Shown: one piece after another, positions 40,911-50,898 of the stretch
How positions within the stretch are numbered: position 1 is the first letter of the stretch
How the letters are laid out: every line of letters begins with the position of its first letter
Assembly: GCA_021739695.1 (NCBI GenBank)
Contig: JAIPBM010000023.1
Location: forward strand, 1,156-65,155
Direction: 5' to 3'
Origin: Flavobacteriales bacterium
GTDB lineage: Bacteria > Bacteroidota > Bacteroidia > UBA10329
DNA length: 64,000 nucleotides
Program-made: the position numbers and the translations under genes
The notes under the pieces: generated by a model
The model's input: the letters and a program-made list of their open reading frames with translations, nothing else
What the model was told of the DNA's origin: nothing
Databases searched by the model: none

Positions 40911-43079
40911 GTGAATCAGAAGATACTATTTGTAACTCCTCCGTTCACACAGCTGAATACGCCCTATCCGGCCACTGCGTATCTTAAAGGCTTTCTGAAC
41001 ACCCAAGGAATTCCTTCTGAACAGATGGATCTTGGCATCGAAACCATTCTTCAGTTGTTTTCAAAACAAGGATTGGAGCAGTTGTTTGACGCTGCTACAG
41101 AAAAGATACGATTGGCCACTCCGAATGCCGAGCGCATCTATGATCTGCGAGAGAGTTACATCCATACCATTGATCCCGTCATTCAGTTTTTGCAGGATCA
41201 AGATCCAACCTTGGCCCATTTTATCTGCGGAAGGAACTTTTTGCCGGAAGCATCGAAGTTTGAACAACTCGAAGACCTTGAATGGGCCTTTGGCTCCATG
41301 GGAATCCGCGATCAGGCTCGACACATTGCTTCCTTGTATCTCGAAGATCTGGGTGATTTTATAGTTGAATTGATCGACCCTCATTTTGGCTTCAGTCGCT
41401 ATGCCGAACGCTTGGGCATTTCGGCCAATTCCTTTGATGAATTGTATGCCGAATTGAAGGCACCAACGAGTTACATCAGCGAGGTGATGTTATCGGTATT
41501 CGAGCAACGGATTTCGGCACTCAAGCCAACGCTGGTTTGCATATCGGTGCCCTTTCCTGGCAATCTATTTGCCGCCTTCAAATGCGGACAATGGTTGAAA
41601 CAAACGCACCCTGAAATTAAGATCGCGATGGGGGGCGGTTACCCGAATACGGAGCTGCGTTCGCTGAGCGATGCCCGCGTATTTGAGTTTGTCGATTTTA
41701 TCAGTTTGGATGATGGCGAAGCACCGATGTTAGCGCTTCTCGATCACTTGGATGGAAAGACGGAGCTTCCAATGCTCAAACGAACCTTTGCGTTGATAGA
41801 CGGAAAGGTGAGCTATTGCAACGGCAGCCTCAGTAAAGACATTCGGCAGGAAAAAGTAGGGACGCCTGACTATGCAGGCCTTCCGTTAAAGAAGTATCTA
41901 TCAGTCATTCAGCTTACCAACCCCATGCACCGCCTTTGGAGTGATGGTCGTTGGAACAAGCTTACCATGGCGCACGGTTGCTATTGGGGCAAATGCACCT
42001 TTTGCGATATATCGCTCGATTACATCAAAAACTACGAAGCTTCTTCTGCATCACTTATTGTTGATCGGATGGAAATTTTGGTGCAACAAACGGGCGAACG
42101 GGGCTTCCATTTTGTGGATGAAGCCGCTCCGCCTGCATTGATGAAAGCGGTGGCCTTGGAAATACTGCGTAGAAGGTTGGTGGTGAGTTGGTGGGCCAAT
42201 ATCCGATTCGAGAAAAGCTTTCACTACGACCTCTGCCGACTGCTTGCCGCATCTGGCTGTATTGCTGTTTCGGGTGGTTTAGAAGTAGCTTCTGATAGAC
42301 TGCTGAAACTGATTTCTAAAGGCGTATCGGTGCAACAGGTGGCGGTTGTGAATGAGAATTTCAATAGAGCCGGCATTATGGTGCATGCTTATCTGATGTA
42401 TGGATTCCCTACTCAGACGGAGCAGGAAACCATCGACTCCTTGGAAGTTGTGCGGCAGTTGTTCGAAATGAATGTGCTGCAATCTGCCTTTTGGCATCGC
42501 TTTGCCATGACGGCCCACAGCCCTGTGGGCATGTTCCCTGCGCAATTCAAGGTGAAGACAGTGACGGAAGGAGTAGGCACCTTTGCAAATAACGACCTCG
42601 TGCACGAAGACCCGACAGGAGCCGATCACGACATGTTCAGCGAAGGTCTCAAGCGCTCACTTTACAATTACATGCACGGAATTGGCTTCGATCTTCCGCT
42701 TCAGAATTGGTTCGACCACGAGGTACCGTCAACCAACTTGCCGCCCGATCTGATAGAAAGCTATTTGGCCGATCTGCCTTATCGCGAGATGAAGGACAGC
42801 CACTTACTCGTTTGGATCGGTGGGCCAGTGATGTTTGATGCACAGTTTTCGCTACTTACCATTATTGGCAAGCAAGAAGGTGTGCAGATGGAATGCAGCC
42901 CCGAGGAAGGGGAGTGGTTGGCTGAAAAGCTCAACCTGATGGCACCAACCAATGCGAAGCCTATCACTTATCAATTGCTACAGGAAGCGTACGCAAACAG
43001 CGGCCTTCACGATTTTACCGCCTTCTGGTATGATGGACTAATGGAAGAACTGAGAGAAATAGGTCTGTTGATCTTGTAG
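40911..43079 (+). CDS. B12-binding-domain radical SAM protein (722 aa)
   Basis: N-terminal cobalamin-binding-like region; Cys cluster HGCYWGKCTFCD (Cx4Cx2C); rSAM core; ~120-aa C-terminal extension. Confidence 0.65.
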   Translation: MNQKILFVTPPFTQLNTPYPATAYLKGFLNTQGIPSEQMDLGIETILQLFSKQGLEQLFDAATEKIRLATPNAERIYDLRESYIHTIDPVIQFLQDQDPTLAHFICGRNFLPEASKFEQLEDLEWAFGSMGIRDQARHIASLYLEDLGDFIVELIDPHFGFSRYAERLGISANSFDELYAELKAPTSYISEVMLSVFEQRISALKPTLVCISVPFPGNLFAAFKCGQWLKQTHPEIKIAMGGGYPNTELRSLSDARVFEFVDFISLDDGEAPMLALLDHLDGKTELPMLKRTFALIDGKVSYCNGSLSKDIRQEKVGTPDYAGLPLKKYLSVIQLTNPMHRLWSDGRWNKLTMAHGCYWGKCTFCDISLDYIKNYEASSASLIVDRMEILVQQTGERGFHFVDEAAPPALMKAVALEILRRRLVVSWWANIRFEKSFHYDLCRLLAASGCIAVSGGLEVASDRLLKLISKGVSVQQVAVVNENFNRAGIMVHAYLMYGFPTQTEQETIDSLEVVRQLFEMNVLQSAFWHRFAMTAHSPVGMFPAQFKVKTVTEGVGTFANNDLVHEDPTGADHDMFSEGLKRSLYNYMHGIGFDLPLQNWFDHEVPSTNLPPDLIESYLADLPYREMKDSHLLVWIGGPVMFDAQFSLLTIIGKQEGVQMECSPEEGEWLAEKLNLMAPTNAKPITYQLLQEAYANSGLHDFTAFWYDGLMEELREIGLLIL

Positions 43080-43162
43080 AGATTGCTTCGTTGGCCTTAT
43101 TCAAAGAAAAAGGGCCCCTCAGCTTTCGCCAAAGGACCCCATCCACCTACATAAGATAAAGC

Positions 43163-44983
43163 TTAGTGCTTTATCAAGCGTTTAGATTCTACTGTTCCAT
43201 CTTTAGCTATTACTCGCACGAAGTAAACACCTGCCGGCATCATCGATACGTTCAATTCGGTAGCGTTTATACCAAGTACTGGGGTTGATTTCAGCAGCCT
43301 TCCAGAAATGTCGAGCAATTCAATTTGAGATAGGTCTGTGCCATTTACGGTAACCACCGTTGAAGCTGGATTCGGATAAATGGTCATGGTTTGTTGTTTT
43401 TCGGTTTCGTCAATTCCTGTGCAAAGCGATACGTTGACGTTCACAACATCTGTGTATTGGTTATCGAATTCGTCATAGGCCTCAACCATTATCTGATGAT
43501 CCCCTGTTCCCAATTCGGTAGCATCGATAGTGAATGATGGCAGGTTGCTGTTGTTATGGGTCCATAGGTAGCTGCAAAGACCACTTGCAGCGCTTACTGT
43601 TTGGGTTTCCCCAGTACACATAACGAGGTTGTCTTCCGATACCAGATCAATATTATCACGCATCATATCTGAACGCAATTCGCAGATGCTCAAGGCACGG
43701 TCCCAAACCTTTAGGTCATCCATAACACCACTGAAATATTCACCTGAAGTACCTAAGGCACCGATTGTCCAAGGGGCAGTGGTAAATGTTGGGCCAGTTG
43801 CAGGCGTAGTGCTCTGGAGTTTATTTCCGTTGTGGTAGATGGCCATTTCGGTACCATCCCAGGTACAAGCAATGTGATGCCAATCTGTTCCGATGATGGT
43901 AGCCGTAGGCGCTATGCACCAGACGTATGAGCCAATGTAATAGTGGGCAGTCAGCTTATTGGCCTGAACGCGAAGCACGATATCTCGACCAGTTTGAGTC
44001 TTCGAAACAATGGTATGGATTCCTGCACCGTTATCCACTTTGATCCATGCAGAAATGGTGAATGCACTGGCTAGAGCTGCGTACTCAGTAATGTATGGTA
44101 CCACCGTTTTGCTGCTTATACCATTGAAACGGGAAGCTTTGCTGGTCTGACCCCAACGATCGGTTGCTGCAGTTACACCGTTTGCAGTCCCGCTATTTGC
44201 ATTCGGAGAGATATCCAATCCATTATTGTCTAATGGCATTTGTAGAACGATATTCTCATGCATTGGAACAAAAGCCGACATAAGACAGGCAATTTCATCT
44301 TCGGGTGTAGTGTAGGCTCTAATTTGAACATCATCTATGTGGCCATTCAATCGTTCAGCACTTCCAGTAGCAAAAGAGCCGATTCTCAAGTTTCCAGCAT
44401 TCTGAAAATCGGGTCCGCCAGTTAGCACAAGGTCTTTTTTCAATTGACCATTCACATAAATGCGCATCTCGTTACCATCCCATGTGGCGGCCAAATGTTG
44501 CCAAGTATTAAGGGATATGACAGATGAATCGCAGGTAACGAAGCTGATACCATTGGAAGAGTTAGTGAAATGAACCTGCGGCTTGCCCGTATCGTCAAAT
44601 CGGAATACGATGTCGCGATGACTGCCGTTCAATTTGGAGATGACCGTATTGTATTGTTGGAATGCCGTAGGATAGATCCAAGCAGCCATGGTAAAGGAGT
44701 TATTCATGATAGAAAAATCCTCTGGATTCGAAATGGAAACATAATGGTTAATTGAACTGAAACTCAATGCTCCTTGTGAACTTTGGTCTTGCCCTGTTGT
44801 GTAGCTCGGTCCGCTTACGGTAACCGTATGGAAGTAAAGAGATTCATCGATGGCAGAACCACTGACGATAGGTAGGTTCACCAATTCGTCCAGGTCAATG
44901 CACTGTGCTCTGACGCTTGCGGTCCATGCAAGTAGACTCATAATGCCCAAAAGGCTCAGTAAAAAAGGTACATGTTTTTTCAT
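43163..44983 (-). CDS. secreted LamG/concanavalin-like-domain protein with T9SS C-terminal sorting domain
   Basis: Signal peptide; LamG-like motifs (GNLRIGSFATGSAERLNGHIDDVQIRAY); C-terminal Por_Secre_tail (TIYPNPASTVVTVNG...AGVYFVRVIAKDGTVESKRLIKH). Confidence 0.7.
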   Translation of the reverse strand: MKKHVPFLLSLLGIMSLLAWTASVRAQCIDLDELVNLPIVSGSAIDESLYFHTVTVSGPSYTTGQDQSSQGALSFSSINHYVSISNPEDFSIMNNSFTMAAWIYPTAFQQYNTVISKLNGSHRDIVFRFDDTGKPQVHFTNSSNGISFVTCDSSVISLNTWQHLAATWDGNEMRIYVNGQLKKDLVLTGGPDFQNAGNLRIGSFATGSAERLNGHIDDVQIRAYTTPEDEIACLMSAFVPMHENIVLQMPLDNNGLDISPNANSGTANGVTAATDRWGQTSKASRFNGISSKTVVPYITEYAALASAFTISAWIKVDNGAGIHTIVSKTQTGRDIVLRVQANKLTAHYYIGSYVWCIAPTATIIGTDWHHIACTWDGTEMAIYHNGNKLQSTTPATGPTFTTAPWTIGALGTSGEYFSGVMDDLKVWDRALSICELRSDMMRDNIDLVSEDNLVMCTGETQTVSAASGLCSYLWTHNNSNLPSFTIDATELGTGDHQIMVEAYDEFDNQYTDVVNVNVSLCTGIDETEKQQTMTIYPNPASTVVTVNGTDLSQIELLDISGRLLKSTPVLGINATELNVSMMPAGVYFVRVIAKDGTVESKRLIKH

Positions 44984-45222
44984 GATGTGTTGTTTTGTGG
45001 ATTAATATGCCACAAGTGTAGCCATGTGCCATTGGTACATTGGGTCTACTTCAACAACTGTTATGAAAGCTGTAATAAGTGTTTGGAGCTTTGTATGTTG
45101 TTCCGAGGAACAAGGATTACGCACTGAGATGCTTCCTTCTTCAGCAAGACAAAACGAAATCTGATTTCAGAATTTACTTTCTGACTTATGACTTGGGTCT
45201 TAACAAAATGGGCTTCCTTCCC

Positions 45223-45948
45223 TTATAGCCGTTTCATCAGTTCGTCCTTCTTTCTTACGGAAATAGGCACCTTATGGGCTTGGCTGAGGTGTACCGTCAG
45301 GTTAACCTTATCAATGCGGTGGATGTGTGCCAGATTGATGAGGTGCGAGTGATGGATGCGCGCAAATCCACTAGGGGAGAGCAGCTGCTCATATTCCTTT
45401 AGGTTAGTGGAAACAAGAATTGGACGAAGCATTTCCTTTACAAAGAAACGGGTGTATCGGCCATCGGCCTCGCAATGGATGATGTCTGCAATTTTGAGGA
45501 CGTAGATGCTGTCTAGGTCTTTGAGCACAATGCGGTCTTTTATGCCCGATGCATGTTGAAGCATTACATCTATCGGGTCTCCGCCAAGATTTACCAACTT
45601 GGTTTTGGCGCGCTCTATGGCCTCTACCAGATCGTCTGGGTCTACGGGTTTTAGAAGAAAGTCGCAGGCACTCATACGAATGGCTTCAATGGCATAATGC
45701 TGATGGGCCGTGACGAAAATGACCTCGAAATTCCGGTTGGGCAGTTGTTTCAGCAGGTCGAAACCCGTTCCATCGCCCATTTCCACATCCAGAAAAAGCA
45801 GCTCTGGCTGAAGCGTTTCAATGGCTTTCTTTGCTTCTTCTACACCACTTGCTTCGCCAATGAGCTCCGTTTCTGGAGCATACAATTGCAGCAATGCCCT
45901 CAGCGCTTCGCGCACATTCTGTTCATCATCTACTATCAGTGCTTTCAT
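45223..45948 (-). CDS. LytTR-family two-component response regulator
   Basis: Receiver domain (IVDDEQNVREAL...LFLDVEMGDGTGF) and C-terminal LytTR DNA-binding domain. Confidence 0.85.
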   Translation of the reverse strand: MKALIVDDEQNVREALRALLQLYAPETELIGEASGVEEAKKAIETLQPELLFLDVEMGDGTGFDLLKQLPNRNFEVIFVTAHQHYAIEAIRMSACDFLLKPVDPDDLVEAIERAKTKLVNLGGDPIDVMLQHASGIKDRIVLKDLDSIYVLKIADIIHCEADGRYTRFFVKEMLRPILVSTNLKEYEQLLSPSGFARIHHSHLINLAHIHRIDKVNLTVHLSQAHKVPISVRKKDELMKRL

Positions 45949-47849
45949 GTCTGTGTAAATGGGATTTTGAAAATTACTTCAGTCCCCGAACCATCTTCAT
46001 TGGCATCTCTTATCTCTAACGAGTATTTGCCTTTTCCTTGTCGGTTAAGCAATGAGATACGTTCTTCTGTGATGACGGTTGCAAGCGATTTCTTGTCTGC
46101 TACTTTAGGGCCTTCTTCAGCTGCACGTTTTCGGCCAATGCCGTTGTCTGAAAGCTTCATTATCAGACGATCACCTTCCAACTCATACTTAAGTGTGATC
46201 TTACCGTTATCCATGTTTCGGATACCGTGCTCAATGGCGTTCTCAATAAGTGGCTGCAGAATCATTGGAGGAACCTGAACTTCTTCTGGAATCAGTTGAT
46301 CATCAATTTCCACATCAAACTCGAAACCGTTGCTGAATCTCAGTTTCTGAATTCCAACGTATAGTTCTAGTGCATTCAACTCCTTATCGAGTGTTATCTG
46401 TTCTTCCTGGTTGTACTCGAGGAATGCCCGCATCACCTTGGCAAAATTGGAAAGGTAGCGAACGGCTTCGCGCAGGTCTTTTCCGCCTAGCATGTAGTTC
46501 TGCACGGCTGTGAGTGCATTGAAAATGAAATGTGGGTTCAGTTGAACACGCAAGGAAAGGAGGCGATTTTCCAGTGTTTCGCGTTCTTGCTTCAGCAAGC
46601 GCTGTCGCGATACGAAATAGATGGTTCCAGCTACCAGAAGTGCTATTACGATGAGGACGATGATCCAAATGTTCCGCTGTTTCACTTTCAGCTCCGATAT
46701 CTGATTCTGCTGCGCCAGATCACGCAGTTGCTGTTCCTTTTTCTCGGTTTCGTACTTCGTTTCGAGCTCGTTCAATATGCGGATGTTCTCTTCGCTGGCC
46801 AATGTATCAGCGGCATTCTTGTATTCAACCATATACCGATACGCATCCTCAAACTTTCCGGCTGCAGCGTAGGCCAAATGGATCTGTTTAAGCACAGATT
46901 CGGTGCGCTGTAAGGAGTGTTCGTTTTTGGCATAGGCCAATGACTGCTCAAAATCGGCAACGGATTGCTGAACCTTACCCAATTTCAGATAGGCGATTCC
47001 TCGGTAATGGAGTGCCGATGAAAACGTGTGGTCGTGCTTCAGTATACCTTCAAAAGAGAGAACCTCATTCACGTATTCGATGGTTTTCTGGTAGTCTTCC
47101 TTGCGATTTGAAATGTTGGCAAGATGATTCAGTATCTGGGTAGTGGTCTTTGAGGTTCCGAACTCCCGACTCTTCGCCAGTATTTCAAGCCCCAAGGTTT
47201 CGGCTGTGTCCAGGATTTCGCTGTTCAAGTAATTCACAGCCAAATTGGAGGCCAGCGTGAGAGTTTTCCGGTCCTTGATCACCCCTCCGCCCATCGCGAA
47301 GGCTTTCTTGCTATAACCGAGTTGTTCCTCCCGTTCACGGATCTTGCCGAATAGGATTCCGATATTGGTATATACATACGAGAGCATGCTGGAATCCTTC
47401 TTTCCTTCGAACAACTTGGCAGACCGGAGCAAGGTTTCCATTGCCTTCTTAGTACTATCCAAGGCCGTATATACCGAGCCGATGTTTATCAGTACCTGAG
47501 CTTCAGCCACCGTATCGTGCAGCTCAATGGCCAACTGCCTATTCTCGTTGAAATAGCGCATGGCCTCTGCAAAGTTGTTTTCTCTGATGTAGGTAACTCC
47601 CAATACGGAAAGTGCCTCCATTTTCCCTTCTGGGTTTTGGGTTTCTTCCGAACAGGTAAGCAGCCTGGAAGCGAAATACCGCAACGAATCGTTTGCATCA
47701 TAACGTTGCGAAAACAGTTTCACGCTGTCCATGTAAGCATGGCACATAGCAGTGTCTGCCGCTTGGGCATGGGCCTGCGATACAGATAATGGCGTGCATA
47801 GGAAACACGCCACAACAAAAGCCATGGTACGATGTAGGTGGATCATCAC
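45945..47849 (-). CDS. sensor histidine kinase with periplasmic/N-terminal TPR repeats and LytS-type His_kinase domain
   Basis: Signal peptide, TPR-like repeats, one TM (IWIIVLIVIALLVAGTIYFV), His_kinase region (NPHFIFNAL), ATPase domain. Overlaps the regulator by 4 nt. Confidence 0.8.
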   Translation of the reverse strand: MMIHLHRTMAFVVACFLCTPLSVSQAHAQAADTAMCHAYMDSVKLFSQRYDANDSLRYFASRLLTCSEETQNPEGKMEALSVLGVTYIRENNFAEAMRYFNENRQLAIELHDTVAEAQVLINIGSVYTALDSTKKAMETLLRSAKLFEGKKDSSMLSYVYTNIGILFGKIREREEQLGYSKKAFAMGGGVIKDRKTLTLASNLAVNYLNSEILDTAETLGLEILAKSREFGTSKTTTQILNHLANISNRKEDYQKTIEYVNEVLSFEGILKHDHTFSSALHYRGIAYLKLGKVQQSVADFEQSLAYAKNEHSLQRTESVLKQIHLAYAAAGKFEDAYRYMVEYKNAADTLASEENIRILNELETKYETEKKEQQLRDLAQQNQISELKVKQRNIWIIVLIVIALLVAGTIYFVSRQRLLKQERETLENRLLSLRVQLNPHFIFNALTAVQNYMLGGKDLREAVRYLSNFAKVMRAFLEYNQEEQITLDKELNALELYVGIQKLRFSNGFEFDVEIDDQLIPEEVQVPPMILQPLIENAIEHGIRNMDNGKITLKYELEGDRLIMKLSDNGIGRKRAAEEGPKVADKKSLATVITEERISLLNRQGKGKYSLEIRDANEDGSGTEVIFKIPFTQT

Positions 47850-48129
47850 TGTAAATTTCTCATCTTCTTACGAAGAAATGGAATTCGGGTAATATGTGTT
47901 GCCAATGGAGTAATAAGTGTTGCCAGCAGAAGCGGTTTATAGAAAAGATAAGCATGGTAAGCCACCTTCAGCAACAGCAAGGTGAAACGCTTTTTTACCG
48001 TTTGGGGCGTGGCCCGATCTTTGCCTTCGTTCTCACTTTCGTGTTGATATTGCTGTTGAAGTAGAATATTGGAGAGCTTGCCTGAGCAGAACTAGACTGG
48101 CGCGATGCTTCCTTATTGAAGAAGTACTT

Positions 48130-48729
48130 TTGCGCTTGATGTCGCACGCATTCAGAACCATTTCAGAAGCAACAGAAGGCCTTTTTAAGGACAAGGGCTC
48201 CAAGTTCTTGGCTTACGCATTTCCGATTTCGAGTGTGGAGGATGTAAGACCGTATTTGGAACGATTGAAGTCCGAACATCCATCGGCAAGGCATGTGTGC
48301 TACGCGTATATGCTGGGAACAGATGGAAACGACTATCGGGCCAATGATGACGGAGAACCGAACGGAACAGCCGGACTGCCCATTCTCAATCAGATCAAAA
48401 GCAAGGATGTGACCAATGTGCTTGTGGCCGTAGTGCGTTATTTCGGTGGAACCAAATTGGGTGTTTCTGGTTTGATTCACGCCTATAAGGAATCGGCCAA
48501 GGAAGCCCTGGAGAAAGCCGTTGTTATCGAGAAGGTTCCAACCGTCACCATCACCGTTCAATTTCCACATTCGAGCATTGGCGAAGTGGAACGACTTATC
48601 CGTCAGAATGGATGGGAAGTGAAAAACCGAGCGTTTGCCATGGATTGCACATGGATGGTTGAAGTCATTGACGAACAGCAGGCTGCCGATGCACTAGCAA
48701 CTGTTCAAGGCTTAGTGCAGTGCGAATAA
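48130..48729 (+). CDS. yigZ: IMPACT/YigZ-family protein (UPF0029)
   Basis: KGSKFLAYAFPISS...GEPNGTAGLPIL...RYFGGTKLG are conserved IMPACT motifs. Confidence 0.8.
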   Translation: MRLMSHAFRTISEATEGLFKDKGSKFLAYAFPISSVEDVRPYLERLKSEHPSARHVCYAYMLGTDGNDYRANDDGEPNGTAGLPILNQIKSKDVTNVLVAVVRYFGGTKLGVSGLIHAYKESAKEALEKAVVIEKVPTVTITVQFPHSSIGEVERLIRQNGWEVKNRAFAMDCTWMVEVIDEQQAADALATVQGLVQCE

Positions 48730-48756
48730 TAAGTAGCGCGATTGGTTCGTCAGTTG

Positions 48757-49269
48757 TCAATCTTGCAAATACCTCTCCTTCACCACATTCATGTGATGTA
48801 TTTCGTGACCGATGATGATGAAACCAGCGGCCGCGGCTGTCAGCGGGTTTCCATTTGCTTTTCCAACACGGTTCAGTGCCTCGTCCGTAAAACTGTTGAA
48901 TAGGAGCATGGTGGCATTCCGTACGCTGAAAAACTCATCGACCAATTCTTCCATTGAACGAGAATCTGCCGCAGAATGTGTGGCATATTGGTTCTCGTCA
49001 TAGCCGGGTAGAGGAGTGGTTTCGCCTCGGGCAATGGCCAAGGCACGGTAACTGAAAATGCGCTCGGTATCGATGATGTGCAGCAGCAGTTCTTTTATGC
49101 TCCATTTTCCTTCGGCATAACGGTAGTTGCCTTGTTCTTCCGTCAGGTTGAGCCAAAAAGCGTAGCTTTCTTCTGTGATGGCATTAAAGGCTTCGGACAG
49201 GTCGGTCTGCGGAACCAGATCAATATATCGACCGAAATAAGTTCCGTAAGTGCTTGGGTTTGGTTTCAT
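48757..49269 (-). CDS. DinB/YfiT-like (DinB_2) metal-dependent hydrolase superfamily protein
   Basis: Four-helix-bundle His pattern (LLHIIDTERIF ... GHEIHHMNVV). Confidence 0.65.
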   Translation of the reverse strand: MKPNPSTYGTYFGRYIDLVPQTDLSEAFNAITEESYAFWLNLTEEQGNYRYAEGKWSIKELLLHIIDTERIFSYRALAIARGETTPLPGYDENQYATHSAADSRSMEELVDEFFSVRNATMLLFNSFTDEALNRVGKANGNPLTAAAAGFIIIGHEIHHMNVVKERYLQD

Positions 49270-49409
49270 GAAAGTGCTTATTGCTCAGGTTACCTCATAC
49301 AAAGGGGTGGTAAAGATCGGGGGATTTATTTTCTGTACACCAACAAAATTCCTGATTAAATGGCGCGCTCTACCATGGCTATCGCTACTTCAGACCCTAC
49401 AACATGCGA

Positions 49410-49985
49410 TCAATTGGCGCATTCACTTTTATTGGTCCTTGAATACTCATTTGGGTCATACACTCTATTCGAAAGTGTTGCACGAACCTTTATGTTGCCC
49501 GCTGGTGCAGATGATTCACCATAGATCCATCTCACCGTATAGCTTGTTCCTTCTGGATGGTTCTTATCTAATGCGCCACTTGCATAATACGAGTAGCTGT
49601 AATGGATGATGTATTCGCCAAGATCCTCGTCAAATCTCAAAATTGTTTCTTTGGTTCTAAGGTCCGATGATGGGAAATATCCCAATGGAGTTTCGAAACT
49701 TGGAATAATAGAAGGCACCTCCGTAGTGCGTGCACGCGCACTGTCTTCCCATTCAAAATAGATGAACATCAGTGCGTGGCATGCAGCATCTGCCGTAAAA
49801 TCTCCATCCTGATCATAGTTGTTGATACTTCCAACAGCTCCTTGTGTGCTGACTATGGCGCTTTGATCGATGTACGCCTCCGCTTCGCATTCACAAGCTG
49901 ATATCTCATCATCTTCGCAACCTTCGCAACCGGAAATGAAGAGCGCCATCATGGCGTATCCTAAAATGTATTTTGATTTTGTCAT
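49410..49985 (-). CDS. hypothetical lipoprotein
   Basis: Lipobox FISGC; Cys/acidic-rich N-terminal segment. Confidence 0.45.
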   Translation of the reverse strand: MTKSKYILGYAMMALFISGCEGCEDDEISACECEAEAYIDQSAIVSTQGAVGSINNYDQDGDFTADAACHALMFIYFEWEDSARARTTEVPSIIPSFETPLGYFPSSDLRTKETILRFDEDLGEYIIHYSYSYYASGALDKNHPEGTSYTVRWIYGESSAPAGNIKVRATLSNRVYDPNEYSRTNKSECAN

Positions 49986-50065
49986 CGTATCTAATTTGAT
50001 GGCAAGATGCCGTACTTTTCAGCTGTATTTCATGATTTCCGTCATCCGATAAACTGAGAAAATAG

Positions 50066-50389
50066 ATGTTCGCTAAAACCCCACCAACCCCGTATTACAC
50101 GGTCATTTTCAGCTCGCAACGCACAGATGTTGAAGAAGGATATACCGAAATGAACGATTCGCTTTGGAATGACGCGCAGAAATTGGAAGGATTCATTGGT
50201 GCCGAGTCATTGAGAGGCGGAGATGGATTTGGCGTCACGGTCCTTTATTTCAAAGACAAGGAAACGATACACGAGTGGTCGAAATACCAGAAGCACCTGC
50301 GTGCCAAAGAATTGGGAAAGGAGAAATGGTATGAAGGCTACCGCGTTCGGATCGCCAAAGTAGAGCGGGAGTATGGCATGGGCGAATGA
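50066..50389 (+). CDS. ABM (antibiotic-biosynthesis-monooxygenase)-like small protein
   Basis: 107 aa; ferredoxin-like fold pattern (YTVIFSSQRT...GFGVTVLYFKDKETIHEW). Confidence 0.45.
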   Translation: MFAKTPPTPYYTVIFSSQRTDVEEGYTEMNDSLWNDAQKLEGFIGAESLRGGDGFGVTVLYFKDKETIHEWSKYQKHLRAKELGKEKWYEGYRVRIAKVEREYGMGE

Positions 50390-50464
50390 ACTTGAGATCA
50401 GAAATAGCTATTAGACCTCCTAACTCCTAAGCACTACTTTAGCGCGCCTAAATATCCCAGAAGC

Positions 50465-50752
50465 ATGACATTACTAAGCGCCTTCCGAATCCTAGCCATT
50501 TTAGAAGGCATCAGCTATCTGTTGTTCGGTATTACCATGCCGCTTAAGTATGTGTATCAGATTCTTGAGCCCAACTACTATGTTGGAATGGCCCATGGTT
50601 TTCTGTTCATGTCCTATTGTGTTTTAGGCCTAAGTGCCGCTATCCATTACAAATGGAAATTCGGTTTTAGCTTCATGGTCTTCGCTGCTTCCTTGGTTCC
50701 CTTTGGCACCTTTTACTTAGATGCCAAGTACCTGAAATACAAGGCGCATTGA
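50465..50752 (+). CDS. DUF3817-family small membrane protein
   Basis: FRILAILEGISYLLFGITMPLKY is the characteristic DUF3817 N-terminus; 3 TM. Confidence 0.65.
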   Translation: MTLLSAFRILAILEGISYLLFGITMPLKYVYQILEPNYYVGMAHGFLFMSYCVLGLSAAIHYKWKFGFSFMVFAASLVPFGTFYLDAKYLKYKAH

Positions 50753-50898
50753 CGGTTCCTGTGTAGCGTGGAATGGGCAACAACCTTTCTGCGCTTCAAG
50801 ACACTTGATAAAGCATAGCGATCTTTCAACAATTGACCGCTGAATTACGTTTTCACTACGGGATTCACATAGATTCGCAACGCAAAAAATAAAAAGCT

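Noticed and set aside
43101-43140. GC-rich segment agggcccctcagctttcgccaaaggacccc between convergent genes, considered as a bidirectional terminator
   Set aside because: The two G/C blocks are not reverse complements of each other (GGGCCCC vs GGACCCC), so no stable hairpin forms.
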